A DNA stretch of 64,000 nt, from assembly GCF_009914755.1 (NCBI RefSeq), contig NC_060948.1. One strand, 5' to 3'. Made by a program: the position numbers and the translations under genes. The DNA comes from the human T2T-CHM13v2.0 reference genome, Homo sapiens. Shown piece after piece: positions 41,501-56,500 of this stretch. The first letter of the stretch is position 1. Each line of letters starts with the position of its first letter. The notes under the pieces were generated by a model, which was not told the DNA's origin, ran no database searches, and worked only from the letters and a program-made list of their open reading frames with translations.

Positions 41501-44500
41501 AATGCAATGGAATGCTATGGAATGGAATGGAATGCATTGGAATGGAATGTCCTCTAATGGAATGGATTCGAGTGGAATGGAATCGAATATAATGGAGTCG
41601 AATGAAATGGAATTGAAAGGAATGGGATCGAATACAATGGAATATACTGGAATGTAATGTAATGAACTCGAATGTAATTGACTGGAATGGAATGTACATG
41701 AATGAAATGTAATCGAATGGAAAGTAATCCAATGGAATAGAATCTAATGCAATAAAATCGACTCAGATAGAGTAGAATGTAATGGAATGGAGTGCAGTGC
41801 AATGGAATGGAATGGAATGGAATGCAATGGAATGGAATGGAATGGAATGGAATGGAATGGAATGGAATGGGATGGAATGGCATGGAATGGATAGTAATGG
41901 ACTGGAGTGAAATGGACTGGAAAGGAATGGACTCAAATTGAAAGGGCTCGAAAGGAATGGAGTCAAATGGAATGGTCTGGAATGGAATGAACACGAATGT
42001 AATGCAATCCAATAGAATGGAAACGAATGGCATGGAATATAAAGAAATGGAATCGAAGAGAATGGAAACAAATGGAATGGAATTGAATGGAATGGAATTG
42101 AATGGAATGGGAACGAATGGAGTGAAATTGTATGCAGTAGAAGAGAATAGAATGGAATGCAAGCGAAAGGAAAGGAATGGATTGGAATGGAATGGAATTC
42201 ATTGGAATGGAAGGGAATGTAGTGTAATGGACAGGCCTGGAATAAAGCGGAATGCTACGGTCTCGAATGGAATAAAAATGTATGGAATGGAATGCAATGA
42301 AACGGAATCGAATGTCATAGAATGTAATGGAATGCAAAAAAATGGACTCCAAAATCATTGACTGGAAAGGCTGGGTGTCGAAAGGAATTGACTCCAATGG
42401 AATGGAATCGAATGGAATGGAAGTGAATAGAATCAAACTAAATCGAATGGAATGGAATTGATAGGAACGGAATGGAAAGGAATGCAATGATTTGGCATGG
42501 AATGGAATCGAATGGCATCGAATGGAATGGAATGGAATGCAATGGAATGGAATGTATTAGAATGTAATGAACTTTAATGGAATGTACTCGAATGGATTCG
42601 ACTGGAATGGAATGTTCTGGAAGTGAATGGACTCCAATGGAATGGATTCAAAAGGAATGGAATCGTGCGGAATGGAATCTAATGGAATGGAATTAAATGG
42701 AAATGAATCAAATTGAATAGCACGGAATTGAATTGAATGGAATCGAATGCAATGGAATCTAATGAAACGGAAAGGAAAGGAATGGAATGGAATGGAATGG
42801 GCTGGAATGGAAAGGAATCGAAACGAATGGAATGGAATCGAACTGAAGAGACTGGAATGGAATGCACTGGAATGGAAGGGAGTGTAATGGAAGGTTCTCG
42901 ACAAAAATGGAATCGAATGGAATGGAATTGAATGGAACGGAATAGAGTCGAATGGAATTGAATGGAATGGAATGGACTAGAGTGAAATGGAATCGAACCA
43001 CAAGGAATGGACAGGAATAGAATGGTCTCGAATTGAATGGAATCGAATGAAATGGCATCAAACGGAATGGAATGTACAGCCACGGAATGGAATGCACTCG
43101 AATGCAATGGAGTCGAAACTAATGGACTGGAATAGAATGGACTCGACTGGTACGGACTCCAATGGAATGGAATCGAATGGAAGGGAATCGAATGGAATGG
43201 ACTCGAAGGGAAAAGACTGCAATGGAAAGGTCTCGAATGGAATGGAAATTAATGGAATGGAATGGAATCGAATGAAATGGAGTCAAAAGGAATGGAATCG
43301 AATGGCAAGAAATCGAATGTAATGGAATTGCAAGGAATTGATGTGAACGGAACGGAATGGAATGGAATCCAAAGGAATGGAATAGAATGGAATGGAATCG
43401 AATGGAAAGGACTCGAATGGAAATCACTCGAATAGAATGCAATTTAATAAAATAGGATCAAATGTAATGGAATGGAATGGAAAGGAATCGAAACGAAAGG
43501 AATGGAGACAGATGGAATGGAATGGAACAGAGAGCAATGGTATAGAATGGAATGGAATCATCTGGAATGGAATTGAATGGAATGGAATAATATGAAATGG
43601 AATGGAATGGAATGGAATGCCCTTGAATTAAATGGACTGGAATGGAATGGACTCGAACAGAGTGGAATGGAAAGTGTTGAGATAGAATGGAATGGACTCC
43701 TTTGGAATGGTCTAGTATGCAATGCAATCGACTGGCAGGGAATCAAAAGGAATGTAATCGAATGGATTGGACTGGAATGCAATGGACTCGAATAGATTGG
43801 AAACGGAATGCAAAGGAATGGAATGGAATAGTATGGAATGGAATGGAAAGGAATGGAGTGGAATAGACTAGAGTGGAATGGAATGGACTCGAAAGCAATG
43901 GACTGGAATGGAACTTTCTTGAATGGACTGGAATCAAACGGAATGGAATGCAATGCAATCAAATGGCATGGAATAAAATAGAATGAAAGAGAATCAAATG
44001 GAACTGAATCGAATATAATCGAATGGATTGGAAAGGAATAGAATGGAATGGAATGGAATTGACTCAAATGGAATGGACTAGAATGGAATGGATTCGAATG
44101 GAAGGCAAATGAATGGAATCTATTGGAATGGACTGTAATGGAATGGAATGGAAGGGATTGGAATGGACTCGATTGTAATGGACTGCAATACAAAGGATGC
44201 GAATGGAATGAAAAAGAATTGAATGGAATAGAACAGAATGGAATCAAATCGCATGAAATGGAATGGAATAGAAAGGAATGGAATGAAATGGAATGGAAAG
44301 GATTCGAATGGAATGCAATCGAATGGAATGGAATCGAACGGAATGGAATAAAATGGAAGAAAACTGGCAAGAAATGGAATCGAAATGAATGGAGTGTTAT
44401 GGAACGGACTCAAAAGGAATTGAATGTAATAGAATGGAGTGGAGTGGACTCGAATATAATGGACTTGAATGGAATGAAATCACATGGAATGGGAACGAAT

Positions 44501-47500
44501 GGAATCGAATGGAAAGGAATCGAATCGAATGGAAAGGAATCGAATGGAAGGGAATGAAATTGAATCAACAGGAATGGAAGGGAATAGAATAGACGGTAAT
44601 GGAATGGACTCGAATAGAATGGACACGAATGCTCAAATTGAATGGACTCGAATGGAATGGAAACGAAAGGAATGTCATCGAATGGAATTGAATCGATTGG
44701 AATGAAATCGCATAGAATGGAGTGGAATCAAATGGAATTGAATCGAAAGGAAAGGAAGCGAATGGACTGAAATGAAATGGAATGGAATTGAATGGAAAGT
44801 AATGCAATGGAATAGAATGGAACGAAATTTCACGGAATGGAATCAAACTGAATGGAATCAAATCAATGGAATCAAATCAAATGGAATGGAAAGGAATTGA
44901 ATGGAGTAGATTGGATTGGATGGGATTGGAATGAAATGTACTGGAAAGGACTCGAATTTCATGAAACGGAATGGAATGAATTGGAACGGAATGGACTCGA
45001 ATGGAATGGAATGTCATGGAATGGCATCAAATGGAATGGCATCAAATGGAATGGAATCGAATGCAATGGAATGCTATGGAATGGAATGGAATGCATTGGA
45101 ATGGAATGTCCTCTAATGGAATGGATTCGAGTGGAATGGAATCGAATATAATGGAGTCGAATGAAATGGAATTGAAAGGAATGGGATCGAATACAATGGA
45201 ATATACTGGAATGAAATGTAATGAACTCGAATGTAATTGACTGGAATGGAATGTACATGAATGGAATGTAATCGAATGGAAAGTAATCTAATGGAATAAA
45301 ATCTAATGCAATAAAATCGACTCAGATAGAGTAGAATGTAATGGAATGGAGTGCAGTGCAATGGAATGGAATGGAATGGAATGCAATGGAATGGAATGGA
45401 ATGGAATGGAATGGAATGGAATGGGATGGAATGGCATGGAATGGATAGTAATGGACTGGAGTGAAATGGACTGGAAAGGAATGGACTCAAATTGAAAGGG
45501 CTCGAAAGGAATGGAGTCAAATGGAATGGTCTGGAATGGAATGAACACGAATGTAATGCAATCCAATAGAATGGAATCGAATGGCATGGAATATAAAGAA
45601 ATGGAATCGAAGAGAATGGAAACAAATGGAATGGAATTGAATGGAATTGAATTGAATGGAATGGGAACGAATGGAGTGAAATTGTATGCAGTAGAAGAGA
45701 ATAGAATGGAATGCAAGCGAAAGGAAAGGAATGGATTGGAATGGAATGGAATTCATTGGAATGGAAGGGAATGTAGTGTAATGGACAGGCCTGGAATAAA
45801 GCGGAATGCTACGGTCTCGAATGGAATAAAAATGTATGGAATGGAATGCAATGAAACGGAATCGAATGTCATAGAATGTAATGGAATGCAAAAAAATGGA
45901 CTCCAAAATCATTGACTGGAAAGGCTGGGTGTCGAAAGGAATTGACTCCAATGGAATGGAATCGAATGGAATGGAAGTGAATAGAATCGAACTAAATCGA
46001 ATGGAATGGAATTGATAGGAACGGAATGGAAAGCAATGCAATGATTTGGCATGGAATGGAATCGAATGGCATCGAATGGAATGGAATGGAATGCAATGGA
46101 ATGGAATGTATTAGAAGGTAATGAACTTTAATGGAATGTCCTCGAATGGATTCGACTGTAATGGAATGTTCTGGAAGTGAATGAACTCCAATGGAATGGA
46201 TTCAAAAGGAATGGAATCGTACGGAATGGAATCTAATGGAATGGAATTAAATGGAAATGAATCAAATTGAATAGCACGGAATTGAATTGAATGGAATCAA
46301 ATGCAATGGAATCTAATGAAACGGAAAGGAAAGGAATGGAATGGAATGGAATGGGCTGGAATGGAAAGGAATCGAAACGAATGGAATGGAATCGAACTGA
46401 AGAGACTGGAATGGAATGCACTGGAATGGAAGGGAGTGTAATGGAAGGTTCTCGACAAAAATGGAATCGAATGGAATGGAATTGAATGGAACGGAATAGA
46501 GTCGAATGGAATTGAATGGAATGGAATGGACTAGAGTGAAATGGAATCGAACCACAAGGAATGGACAGGAATAGAATGGTCTCGAATTGAATGGAATCGA
46601 ATGAAATGGCATCAAACGGAATGGAATGTACAGCCACGGAATGGAATGCACTCGAATGCAATGGAGTCGAAACTAATGGACTGGAATAGAATGGACTCGA
46701 CTGGTACGGACTCCAATGGAATGGAATCGAATGGAAGGGAATCGAATGGAATGGACTCGAAGGGAAAAGACTGCAATGGAAAGGTCTCGAATGGAATGGA
46801 AATTAATGGAATGGAATGGAATCGAATGAAATGGAGTCAAAAGGAATGGAATCGAATGGCAAGAAATCGAATGTAATGGAATCGCAAGGAATTGATGTGA
46901 ACGGAACGGAATGGAATGGAATCCAAAGTAATGGAATAGAATGGAATGGAATCGAATGGAAAGGACTCGAATGGAAATCACTCGAATAGAATGCAATTTA
47001 ATAAAATAGGATCAAATGTAATGGAATGGAATGGAAAGGAATCGAAACGAAAGGAATGGAGACAGATGGAATGGAATGGAACAGAGAGCAATGGTATAGA
47101 ATGGAATGGAATCATCTGGAATGGAATTGAATGGAATGGAAAAATATGAAATGGAATGGAATGGAATGGAATGCCCTTGAATTAAATGGACTGGAATGGA
47201 ATGGACTCGAACAGAGTGGAATGGAAAGTGTTGAGATAGAATGGAATGGACTCCTTTGGAATGGTGTAGTATGCAATGCAATCGACTGGCAGGGAATCAA
47301 AAGGAATGTAATCGAATGGATTGGACTGGAATGCAATGGACTCGAATAGATTGGAAACGGAATGCAAAGGAATGGAATGGAATAGTATGGAATGGAATGG
47401 AAAGGAATGGAGTGGAATAGACTAGAGTGGAATGGAATGGACTCGAAAGCAATGGACTGGAATGGAACTTTCTTGAATGGACTGGAATCAAACGGAATGG

Positions 47501-50500
47501 AATGCAATGCAATCAAATGGCATGGAATAAAATAGAATGAAAGAGAATCAAATGGAACTGAATCGAATATAATCGAATGGATTGGAAAGGAATAGAATGG
47601 AATGGAATGGAATTGACTCAAATGGAATGGACTAGAATGGAATGGATTCGAATGGAAGGCAAATGAATGGAATCTATTGGAATGGACTGTAATGGAATGG
47701 AATGGAAGGGATTGGAATGGACTCGATTGTAATGGACTGCAATACAAAGGATGCGAATGGAATGAAAAAGAATTGAATGGAATAGAACAGAATGGAATCA
47801 AATCGCATGAAATGGAATGGAATAGAAAGGAATGGAATGAAATGGAATGGAAAGGATTCGAATGGAATGCAATCGAATGGAATGGAATCGAACGGAATGG
47901 AATAAAATGGAAGAAAACTGGCAAGAAATGGAATCGAAATGAATGGAGTGTTATGGAACGGACTCAAAAGGAATTGAATGTAATAGAATGGAGTGGAGTG
48001 GACTCGAATATAATGGACTTGAATGGAATGAAATCACATGGAATGGGAACGAATGGAATCGAATGGAAAGGAATCGAATCGAATGGAAAGGAATCGAATG
48101 GAAGGGAATGAAATTGAATCAACAGGAATGGAAGGGAATAGAATAGACGGTAATGGAATGGACTCGAATAGAATGGACACGAATGCTCAAATTGAATGGA
48201 CTCGAATGGAATGGAAACGAAAGGAATGTCATCGAATGGAATTGAATCGATTGGAATGAAATCGCATAGAATGGAGTGGAATCAAATGGAATTGAATCGA
48301 AAGGAAAGGAAGCGAATGGACTGAAATGAAATGGAATGGAATTGAATGGAAAGTAATGCAATGGAATAGAATGGAACGAAATTTCACGGAATGGAATCAA
48401 ACTGAATGGAATCAAATCAATGGAATCAAATCAAATGGAATGGAAAGGAATTGAATGGAGTAGATTGGATTGGATGGGATTGGAATGAAATGTACTGGAA
48501 AGGACTCGAATTTCATGAAACGGAATGGAATGAATTGGAACGGAATGGACTCGAATGGAATGGAATGTCATGGAATGGCATCAAATGGAATGGCATCAAA
48601 TGGAATGGAATCGAATGCAATGGAATGCTATGGAATGGAATGGAATGCATTGGAATGGAATGTCCTCTAATGGAATGGATTCGAGTGGAATGGAATCGAA
48701 TATAATGGAGTCGAATGAAATGGAATTGAAAGGAATGGGATCGAATACAATGGAATATACTGGAATGAAATGTAATGAACTCGAATGTAATTGACTGGAA
48801 TGGAATGTACATGAATGGAATGTAATCGAATGGAAAGTAATCTAATGGAATAAAATCTAATGCAATAAAATCGACTCAGATAGAGTAGAATGTAATGGAA
48901 TGGAGTGCAGTGCAATGGAATGGAATGGAATGGAATGCAATGGAATGGAATGGAATGGAATGGAATGGAATGGAATGGGATGGAATGGCATGGAATGGAT
49001 AGTAATGGACTGGAGTGAAATGGACTGGAAAGGAATGGACTCAAATTGAAAGGGCTCGAAAGGAATGGAGTCAAATGGAATGGTCTGGAATGGAATGAAC
49101 ACGAATGTAATGCAATCCAATAGAATGGAATCGAATGGCATGGAATATAAAGAAATGGAATCGAAGAGAATGGAAACAAATGGAATGGAATTGAATGGAA
49201 TTGAATTGAATGGAATGGGAACGAATGGAGTGAAATTGTATGCAGTAGAAGAGAATAGAATGGAATGCAAGCGAAAGGAAAGGAATGGATTGGAATGGAA
49301 TGGAATTCATTGGAATGGAAGGGAATGTAGTGTAATGGACAGGCCTGGAATAAAGCGGAATGCTACGGTCTCGAATGGAATAAAAATGTATGGAATGGAA
49401 TGCAATGAAACGGAATCGAATGTCATAGAATGTAATGGAATGCAAAAAAATGGACTCCAAAATCATTGACTGGAAAGGCTGGGTGTCGAAAGGAATTGAC
49501 TCCAATGGAATGGAATCGAATGGAATGGAAGTGAATAGAATCGAACTAAATCGAATGGAATGGAATTGATAGGAACGGAATGGAAAGGAATGCAATGATT
49601 TGGCATGGAATGGAATCGAATGGCATCGAATGGAATGGAATGGAATGCAATGGAATGGAATGTATTAGAAGGTAATGAACTTTAATGGAATGTCCTCGAA
49701 TGGATTCGACTGTAATGGAATGTTCTGGAAGTGAATGAACTCCAATGGAATGGATTCAAAAGGAATGGAATCGTACGGAATGGAATCTAATGGAATGGAA
49801 TTAAATGGAAATGAATCAAATTGAATAGCACGGAATTGAATTGAATGGAATCAAATGCAATGGAATCTAATGAAACAGAAAGGAAAGGAATGGAATGGAA
49901 TGGAATGGGCTGGAATGGAAAGGAATCGAAACGAATGGAATGGAATCGAACTGAAGAGACTGGAATGGAATGCACTGGAATGGAAGGGAGTGTAATGGAA
50001 GGTTCTCGACAAAAATGGAATCGAATGGAATGGAATTGAATAGAACGGAATAGAGTCGAATGGAATTGAATGGAATGGAATGGACTAGAGTGAAATGGAA
50101 TAGAACCACAAGGAATGGACAGGAATAGAATGGTCTCGAATTGAATGGAATCGTATGGAATGGCATCAAACGGAATGGAATGGACAGCCACGGAATGGAA
50201 TGCACTCGAATGCAATGGAGTCGAAACTAGTGGACTGGAATAGAATGGACTTGACTGGTACGGACTCGAAAGGAATGGAATCGAATGGAAGGGAATCGAA
50301 CGGAATGGACTCGAAGGGAAAAGACTGCAATGGAAAGGTCTCGAATGGAATGGAAATTTATGGAATGGAATGGAATCGAATGAAATGGAGTCAAAAGGAA
50401 TGGAATCGATTGGCAAGAAATCGAATGTAATGGAATCGCTAGGAATTGATGTGAACGGAACGGAATGGAATGGAATCCAAAGGAATGGAATAGAATGGAA

Positions 50501-53500
50501 TGGAATAGAATGGAAAGGACTCGAATGGAAATCACTCGAATAGAATGCAATTTAATAAAATAGGATCAAATGTAATGGAATGGAATGGAAAGGAATCGAA
50601 ACGAAAGGAATGGAGACAGATGGAATGGAATGGAACAGAGAGCAATGGTATTGAATGGAATGGAATCATCTGGAATGGAATTGAATGGAATGGAATAATA
50701 TGAAATGGAATTGAATGGAATGGAATGGAATGCCCTTGAATTAAATGGACTGGAATGGAATGGACTCGAACAGAGTGGAATGGAAAGTGTTGAAATAGAA
50801 TGGAATGGACTGCTTTGGAATGGTCTAGTATGCAATGCAATCGACTGGCAGGGAATCAAAAGGAATGTAATCGAATGGATTGGACTGGAATGCAATGGAC
50901 TCGAATAGATTGGAAACGGAATGCAAAGGAATGGAATGGAATAGTATGGAATGGAATGGAAAGGAATGGAGTGGAATAGACTAGAGTGGAATGGAATGGA
51001 CTCGAAAGCAATGGACTGGAATGGAACTTTCTTGAATGGACTGGAATCAAATGAATGGAATGCAATGCAATCAAATGGCATGGAATAAAATAGAATGAAA
51101 GAGAATCAAATGGAATTGAATCGAATGGAATCGAATGGATTGGAAAGGAATAGAATGGAATGGAATGGAATGGACTAGAATGGAATGGATTCGAATGGAA
51201 GGCAAAGGAATGGAATCTATTGGAATGGTCTGTAATGGAATGGAATGGAAGGGATTGGAATGGACTCGAATTGAATGGACTGCAATAGAAAGGATGCGAA
51301 TGGAATGAAAAAGAATTGAATGGAATAGAACAGAATGGAATCAAATCGCATGAAATGGAATGGAATAGAAAGGAATGGAATGAAATGGATTGGAAAGGAT
51401 TCGAATGGAATGCAATCGAATGGAATGGAATCGAACGGAATGGAATAAAATGGAAGAAAACTGGCAAGAAATGGAATCGAAATGAATGGAGTGTTATGGA
51501 ACGGACTCAAAAGGAATTGAATGTAATAGAATGGAGTGGAGTGGACTCGAATATAATGGACTGGAATGGAATGAAATCACATGGAATGGGAACGAATGGA
51601 ATGGAATGGAAATGAATGGAATCGAATGGAAAGGAATCGAATGGAAGGGAATGAAATTGAATCAACAGGAATGGAAGGGAATAGAATAGACGGTAATGGA
51701 ATGGACTCGAATAGAATGGACACGAATGCTCAAATTGAATGGACTCGAATGGAATGAAAAGGAAAGGAATGTCATCGAATGGAATTGAATCGATTGGAAT
51801 GAAATCGCATAGAATGGAGTGGAATCAAAGGGAATTGAATCGAAAGGAAAGGAAGCGAATGGACTGAAATGAAATGGAATGGAATTGAATGGAAAGTAAT
51901 GCAATGGAAGAGAATGGAAGGAAATTTCACGGAATGGAATCAAACTGAATGGAATCAAATCAATGGAATATAATCAAATGGAATGGAAAGGAATTGAATG
52001 GAGTAGATGGGATTGGATGGGATTGGAATGAAATGTACTGGAAAGGACTCGAATTTCATGAAACGGAATGGAATGAATTGGAACGGAATGGACTCGAATA
52101 GAATGGAATGTCATGGAATGGCATCAAATGGAATGGCATCAAATGGAATGGAATCGAATGCAATGGAATGCTATGGAATGGAGTGGAATGCATTCGAATG
52201 GAATGTCCTCTAATGGAATGCATTCGAGTGGAATGGAATCGAATATAATGGAGTCGAATGAAATGGAATTGAAAGGAATGGGATCGAATACAATGGAATA
52301 TACTGGAATGTAAGGTAATGAACTCGAATGTAATTGACTGGAATGGAATGTACATGAATGAAATGTAATCGAATGGAAAGTAATCCAATGGAATAGAATC
52401 TAATGCAATAAAATCGACTCAGATAGAGTAGAATGTAATGGAATGGAGTGCAGTGCAATGGAATGGAATGGAATGGAATGCAATGGAATGGAATGGAATG
52501 GAATGGAATGGAATGGAATGGAATGGAATGGGATGGAATGGCATGGAATGGATAGTAATGGACTGGAGTGAAATGGACTGGAAAGGAATGGACTCAAATT
52601 GAAAGGTCTCGAAAGCAATGAAGTCAAATGGAATGGTCTGGAATGGAATGAACACGAATGTAATGCAATCCAATAGAATGGAATCGAATGGCATGGAATA
52701 TAAAGAAATGGAATCGAAGAGAATGGAAACAAATGGAATGGAATTGAATGGAATGGAATTGAATGGAATGGGAACGAATGGAGTGAAATTGTATGCAGTA
52801 GAAGAGAATAGAATGGAATGCAAGCGAAAGGAAAGGAATGGATTGGAATGGAATGGAATTCATTGGAATGGAAGGGAATGTAGTGTAATGGACAGGCCTG
52901 GAATAAAGTGGAATGCTACGGTCTCGAATGGAATAAAAATGTATGGAATGGAATGCAATGAAACGGAATCGAATGTCATAGAATGTAATGGAATGCAAAA
53001 AAATGGACTCCAAAATCATTGACTGGAAAGGCTGGGTGTCGAAAGGAATTGACTCCAATGGAATGGAATCGAATGGAATGGAAGTGAATAGAATCGAACT
53101 AAATCGAATGGAATGGAATTGATAGGAACGGAATGGAAAGGAATGCAATGATTTGGCATGGAATGGAATCGAATGGCATCGAATGGAATGGAATGGAATG
53201 CAATGGAATGGAATGTATTAGAATGTAATGAACTTTAATGGAATGTACTCGAATGGATTCGACTGGAATGGAATGTTGTGGAAGTGAATGGACTCCAATG
53301 GAATGGATTCAAAAGGAATGGAATCGTGCCGAATGGAATCTAATGGAATGGAATTAAATGGAAATAAATCAAATTGAATAGCACGGAATTGAATTGAATG
53401 GAATCGAATGCAATGGAATCTAATGAAACGGAAAGGAAAGGAATGGAATGGAATGGAATGGGCTGGAATGGAAAGGAATCGAAACGAATGGAATGGAATC

Positions 53501-56500
53501 GAACTGAAGAGACTGGAATGGAATGCACTGGAATGGAAGGGAGTGTAATGGAAGGTTCTCGACAAAAATGGAATCGAATGGAATGGAATTGAATGGAACG
53601 GAATAGAGTCGAATGGAATTGAATGGAATGGAATGGACTAGAGTGAAATGGAATCGAACCACAAGGAATGGACAGGAATAGAATGGTCTCGAATTGAATG
53701 GAATCGTATGGAATGGCATCAAACGGAATGGAATGGACAGCCACGGAATGGAATGCACTCGAATGCAATGGAGTCGAAACTAATGGACTGGAATAGAATG
53801 GACTCGACTGGTACGGACTCCAAAGGAATGGAATCGAATGGAAGGGAATCGAACGGAATGGACTCGAAGGGAAAAGACTGCAATGGAAAGGTCTCGAATG
53901 GAATGGAAATTAATGGAATGGAATGGAATCGAATGAAATGGAGTCAAAAGGAATGGAATCGAATGGCAAGAAATCGAATGTAATGGAATCGCAAGGAATT
54001 GATGTGAAGGGAACGGAATGGAATGGAATCCAAAGGAATGGAATAGAATGGAATGGAATCGAATGGAAAGGACTCGAATGGAAATCACTCGAATAGAATG
54101 CAATTTAATAAAATAGGATCAAATGTAATGGAATGGAATGGAAAGGAATCGAAACGAAAGGAATGGAGACAGATGGAATGGAATGGAACAGAGAGCAATG
54201 GTATAGAATGGAATGGAATCATCTGGAATGGAATTGAATGGAATGGAATAATATGAAATGGAATGGAATGGAATGGAATGCCCTTGAATTAAATGGACTG
54301 GAATGGAATGGACTCGAACAGAGTGGAATGGAAAGTGTTGAGATAGAATGGAATGGACTCCTTTGGAATGGTCTAGTATGCAATGCAATCGACTGGCAGG
54401 GAATCAAAAGGAATGTAATCGAATGGATTGGACTGGAATGCAATGGACTCGAATAGATTGGAAACGGAATGCAAAGGAATGGAATGGAATAGTATGGAAT
54501 GGAATGGAAAGGAATGGAGTGGAATAGACTAGAGTGCAATGGAATGGACTGGAAAGCAATGGACTGGAATGGAACTTTCTTGAATGGACTGGAATCAAAC
54601 GGAATGGAATGCAATGCAATCAAATGGCATGGAATAAAATAGAATGAAAGAGAATCAAATGGAATTGAATCGAATGGAATCGAATGGATTGGAAAGGAAT
54701 AGAATGGAATGGAATGGAATTGACTCAAATGGAATGGACTAGAATGGAATGGATTCGAATGGAAGGCAAATGAATGGAATCTATTGGAATGGACTGTAAT
54801 GGAATGGAATGGAAGGGATTGGAATGGACTCGAATGTAATGGACAGCAATAGAAAGGATGCGAATGGAATGAAAAAGAATTGAATGGAATAGAACAGAAT
54901 GGAATCAAATCGAATGAAATGGAATGGAATAGAAAGGAATGGAATGAAATGGAATGGAAAGGATTCGAATGGAATGCAATCGAATGGAATGGAATCGAAC
55001 GGAATGGAATAAAATGGAAGAAAACTGGCAAGAAATGGAATCGAAATGAATGGAGTGTTATGGAACGGACTCAAAAGGAATTGAATGTAATAGAATGGAG
55101 TGGAGTGGACTCGAATATAATGGACTGGAATGGAATGAAATCTCATGGAATGGGAACGAATGGAATGGAATGGAAAGGAATGGAATCGAATGGAAAGGAA
55201 TCGAATGGAAGGGAATGAAATTGAATCAACAGGAATGGAAGGGAATAGAATAGACGGTAATGGAATGGACTCGAATAGAATGGACACGAATGCTCAAATT
55301 GAATGGACACGAATGGAATGGAAACGAAAGGAATGTCATCGAATGGAATTGAATCGATTGGAATGAAATCGCATAGAATGGAGTGGAATCAAATGGAATT
55401 GAATCGAAAGGAAAGGAAGCGAATGGACTGAAATGAAATGGAATGGAATTGAATGGAAAGTAATGCAATGGAAGAGAATGGAAGGAAATTTCACGGAATG
55501 GAATCAAACTGAATGGAATCAAATCAATGGAATATAATCAAATGGAATGGAAAGGAATTGAATGGAGTAGATGGGATTAGATGGGATTGGAATGAAATGT
55601 ACTGGAAAGGACTCGAATTTCATGAAACGGAATGGAATGAATTGGAACGGAATGGACTCGAATAGAATGGAATGTCATGGAATGGCATCAAATGGAATGG
55701 CATCAAATGGAATGGAATCGAATGCAATGGAATGCTATGGAATGGAATGGAATGCATTGGAATGGAATGTCCTCTAATGGAATGGATTCGAGTGGAATGG
55801 AATCGAATATAATGGAGTCGAATGAAATGGAATTGAAAGGAATGGGATCGAATACAATGGAATATACTGGAATGTAATGTAATGAACTCGAATGTAATTG
55901 ACTGGAATGGAATGTACATGAATGAAATGTAATCGAATGGAAAGTAATCCAATGGAATAGAATCTAATGCAATAAAATCGACTCAGATAGAGTAGAATGT
56001 AATGGAATGGAGTGCAGTGCAATGGAATGGAATGGAATGGAATGCAATGGAATGGAATGGAATGGAATGGAATGGAATGGAATGGAATGGGATGGAATGG
56101 CATGGAATGGATAGTAATGGACTGGAGTGAAATGGACTGGAAAGGAATGGACTCAAATTGAAAGGGCTCGAAAGGAATGGAGTCAAATGGAATGGTCTGG
56201 AATGGAATGAACACGAATGTAATGCAATCCAATAGAATGGAAACGAATGGCATGGAATATAAAGAAATGGAATCGAAGAGAATGGAAACAAATGGAATGG
56301 AATTGAATGGAATGGAATTGAATGGAATGGGAACGAATGGAGTGAAATTGTATGCAGTAGAAGAGAATAGAATGGAATGCAAGCGAAAGGAAAGGAATGG
56401 ATTGGAATGGAATGGAATTCATTGGAATGGAAGGGAATGTAGTGTAATGGACAGGCCTGGAATAAAGCGGAATGCTACGGTCTCGAATGGAATAAAAATG

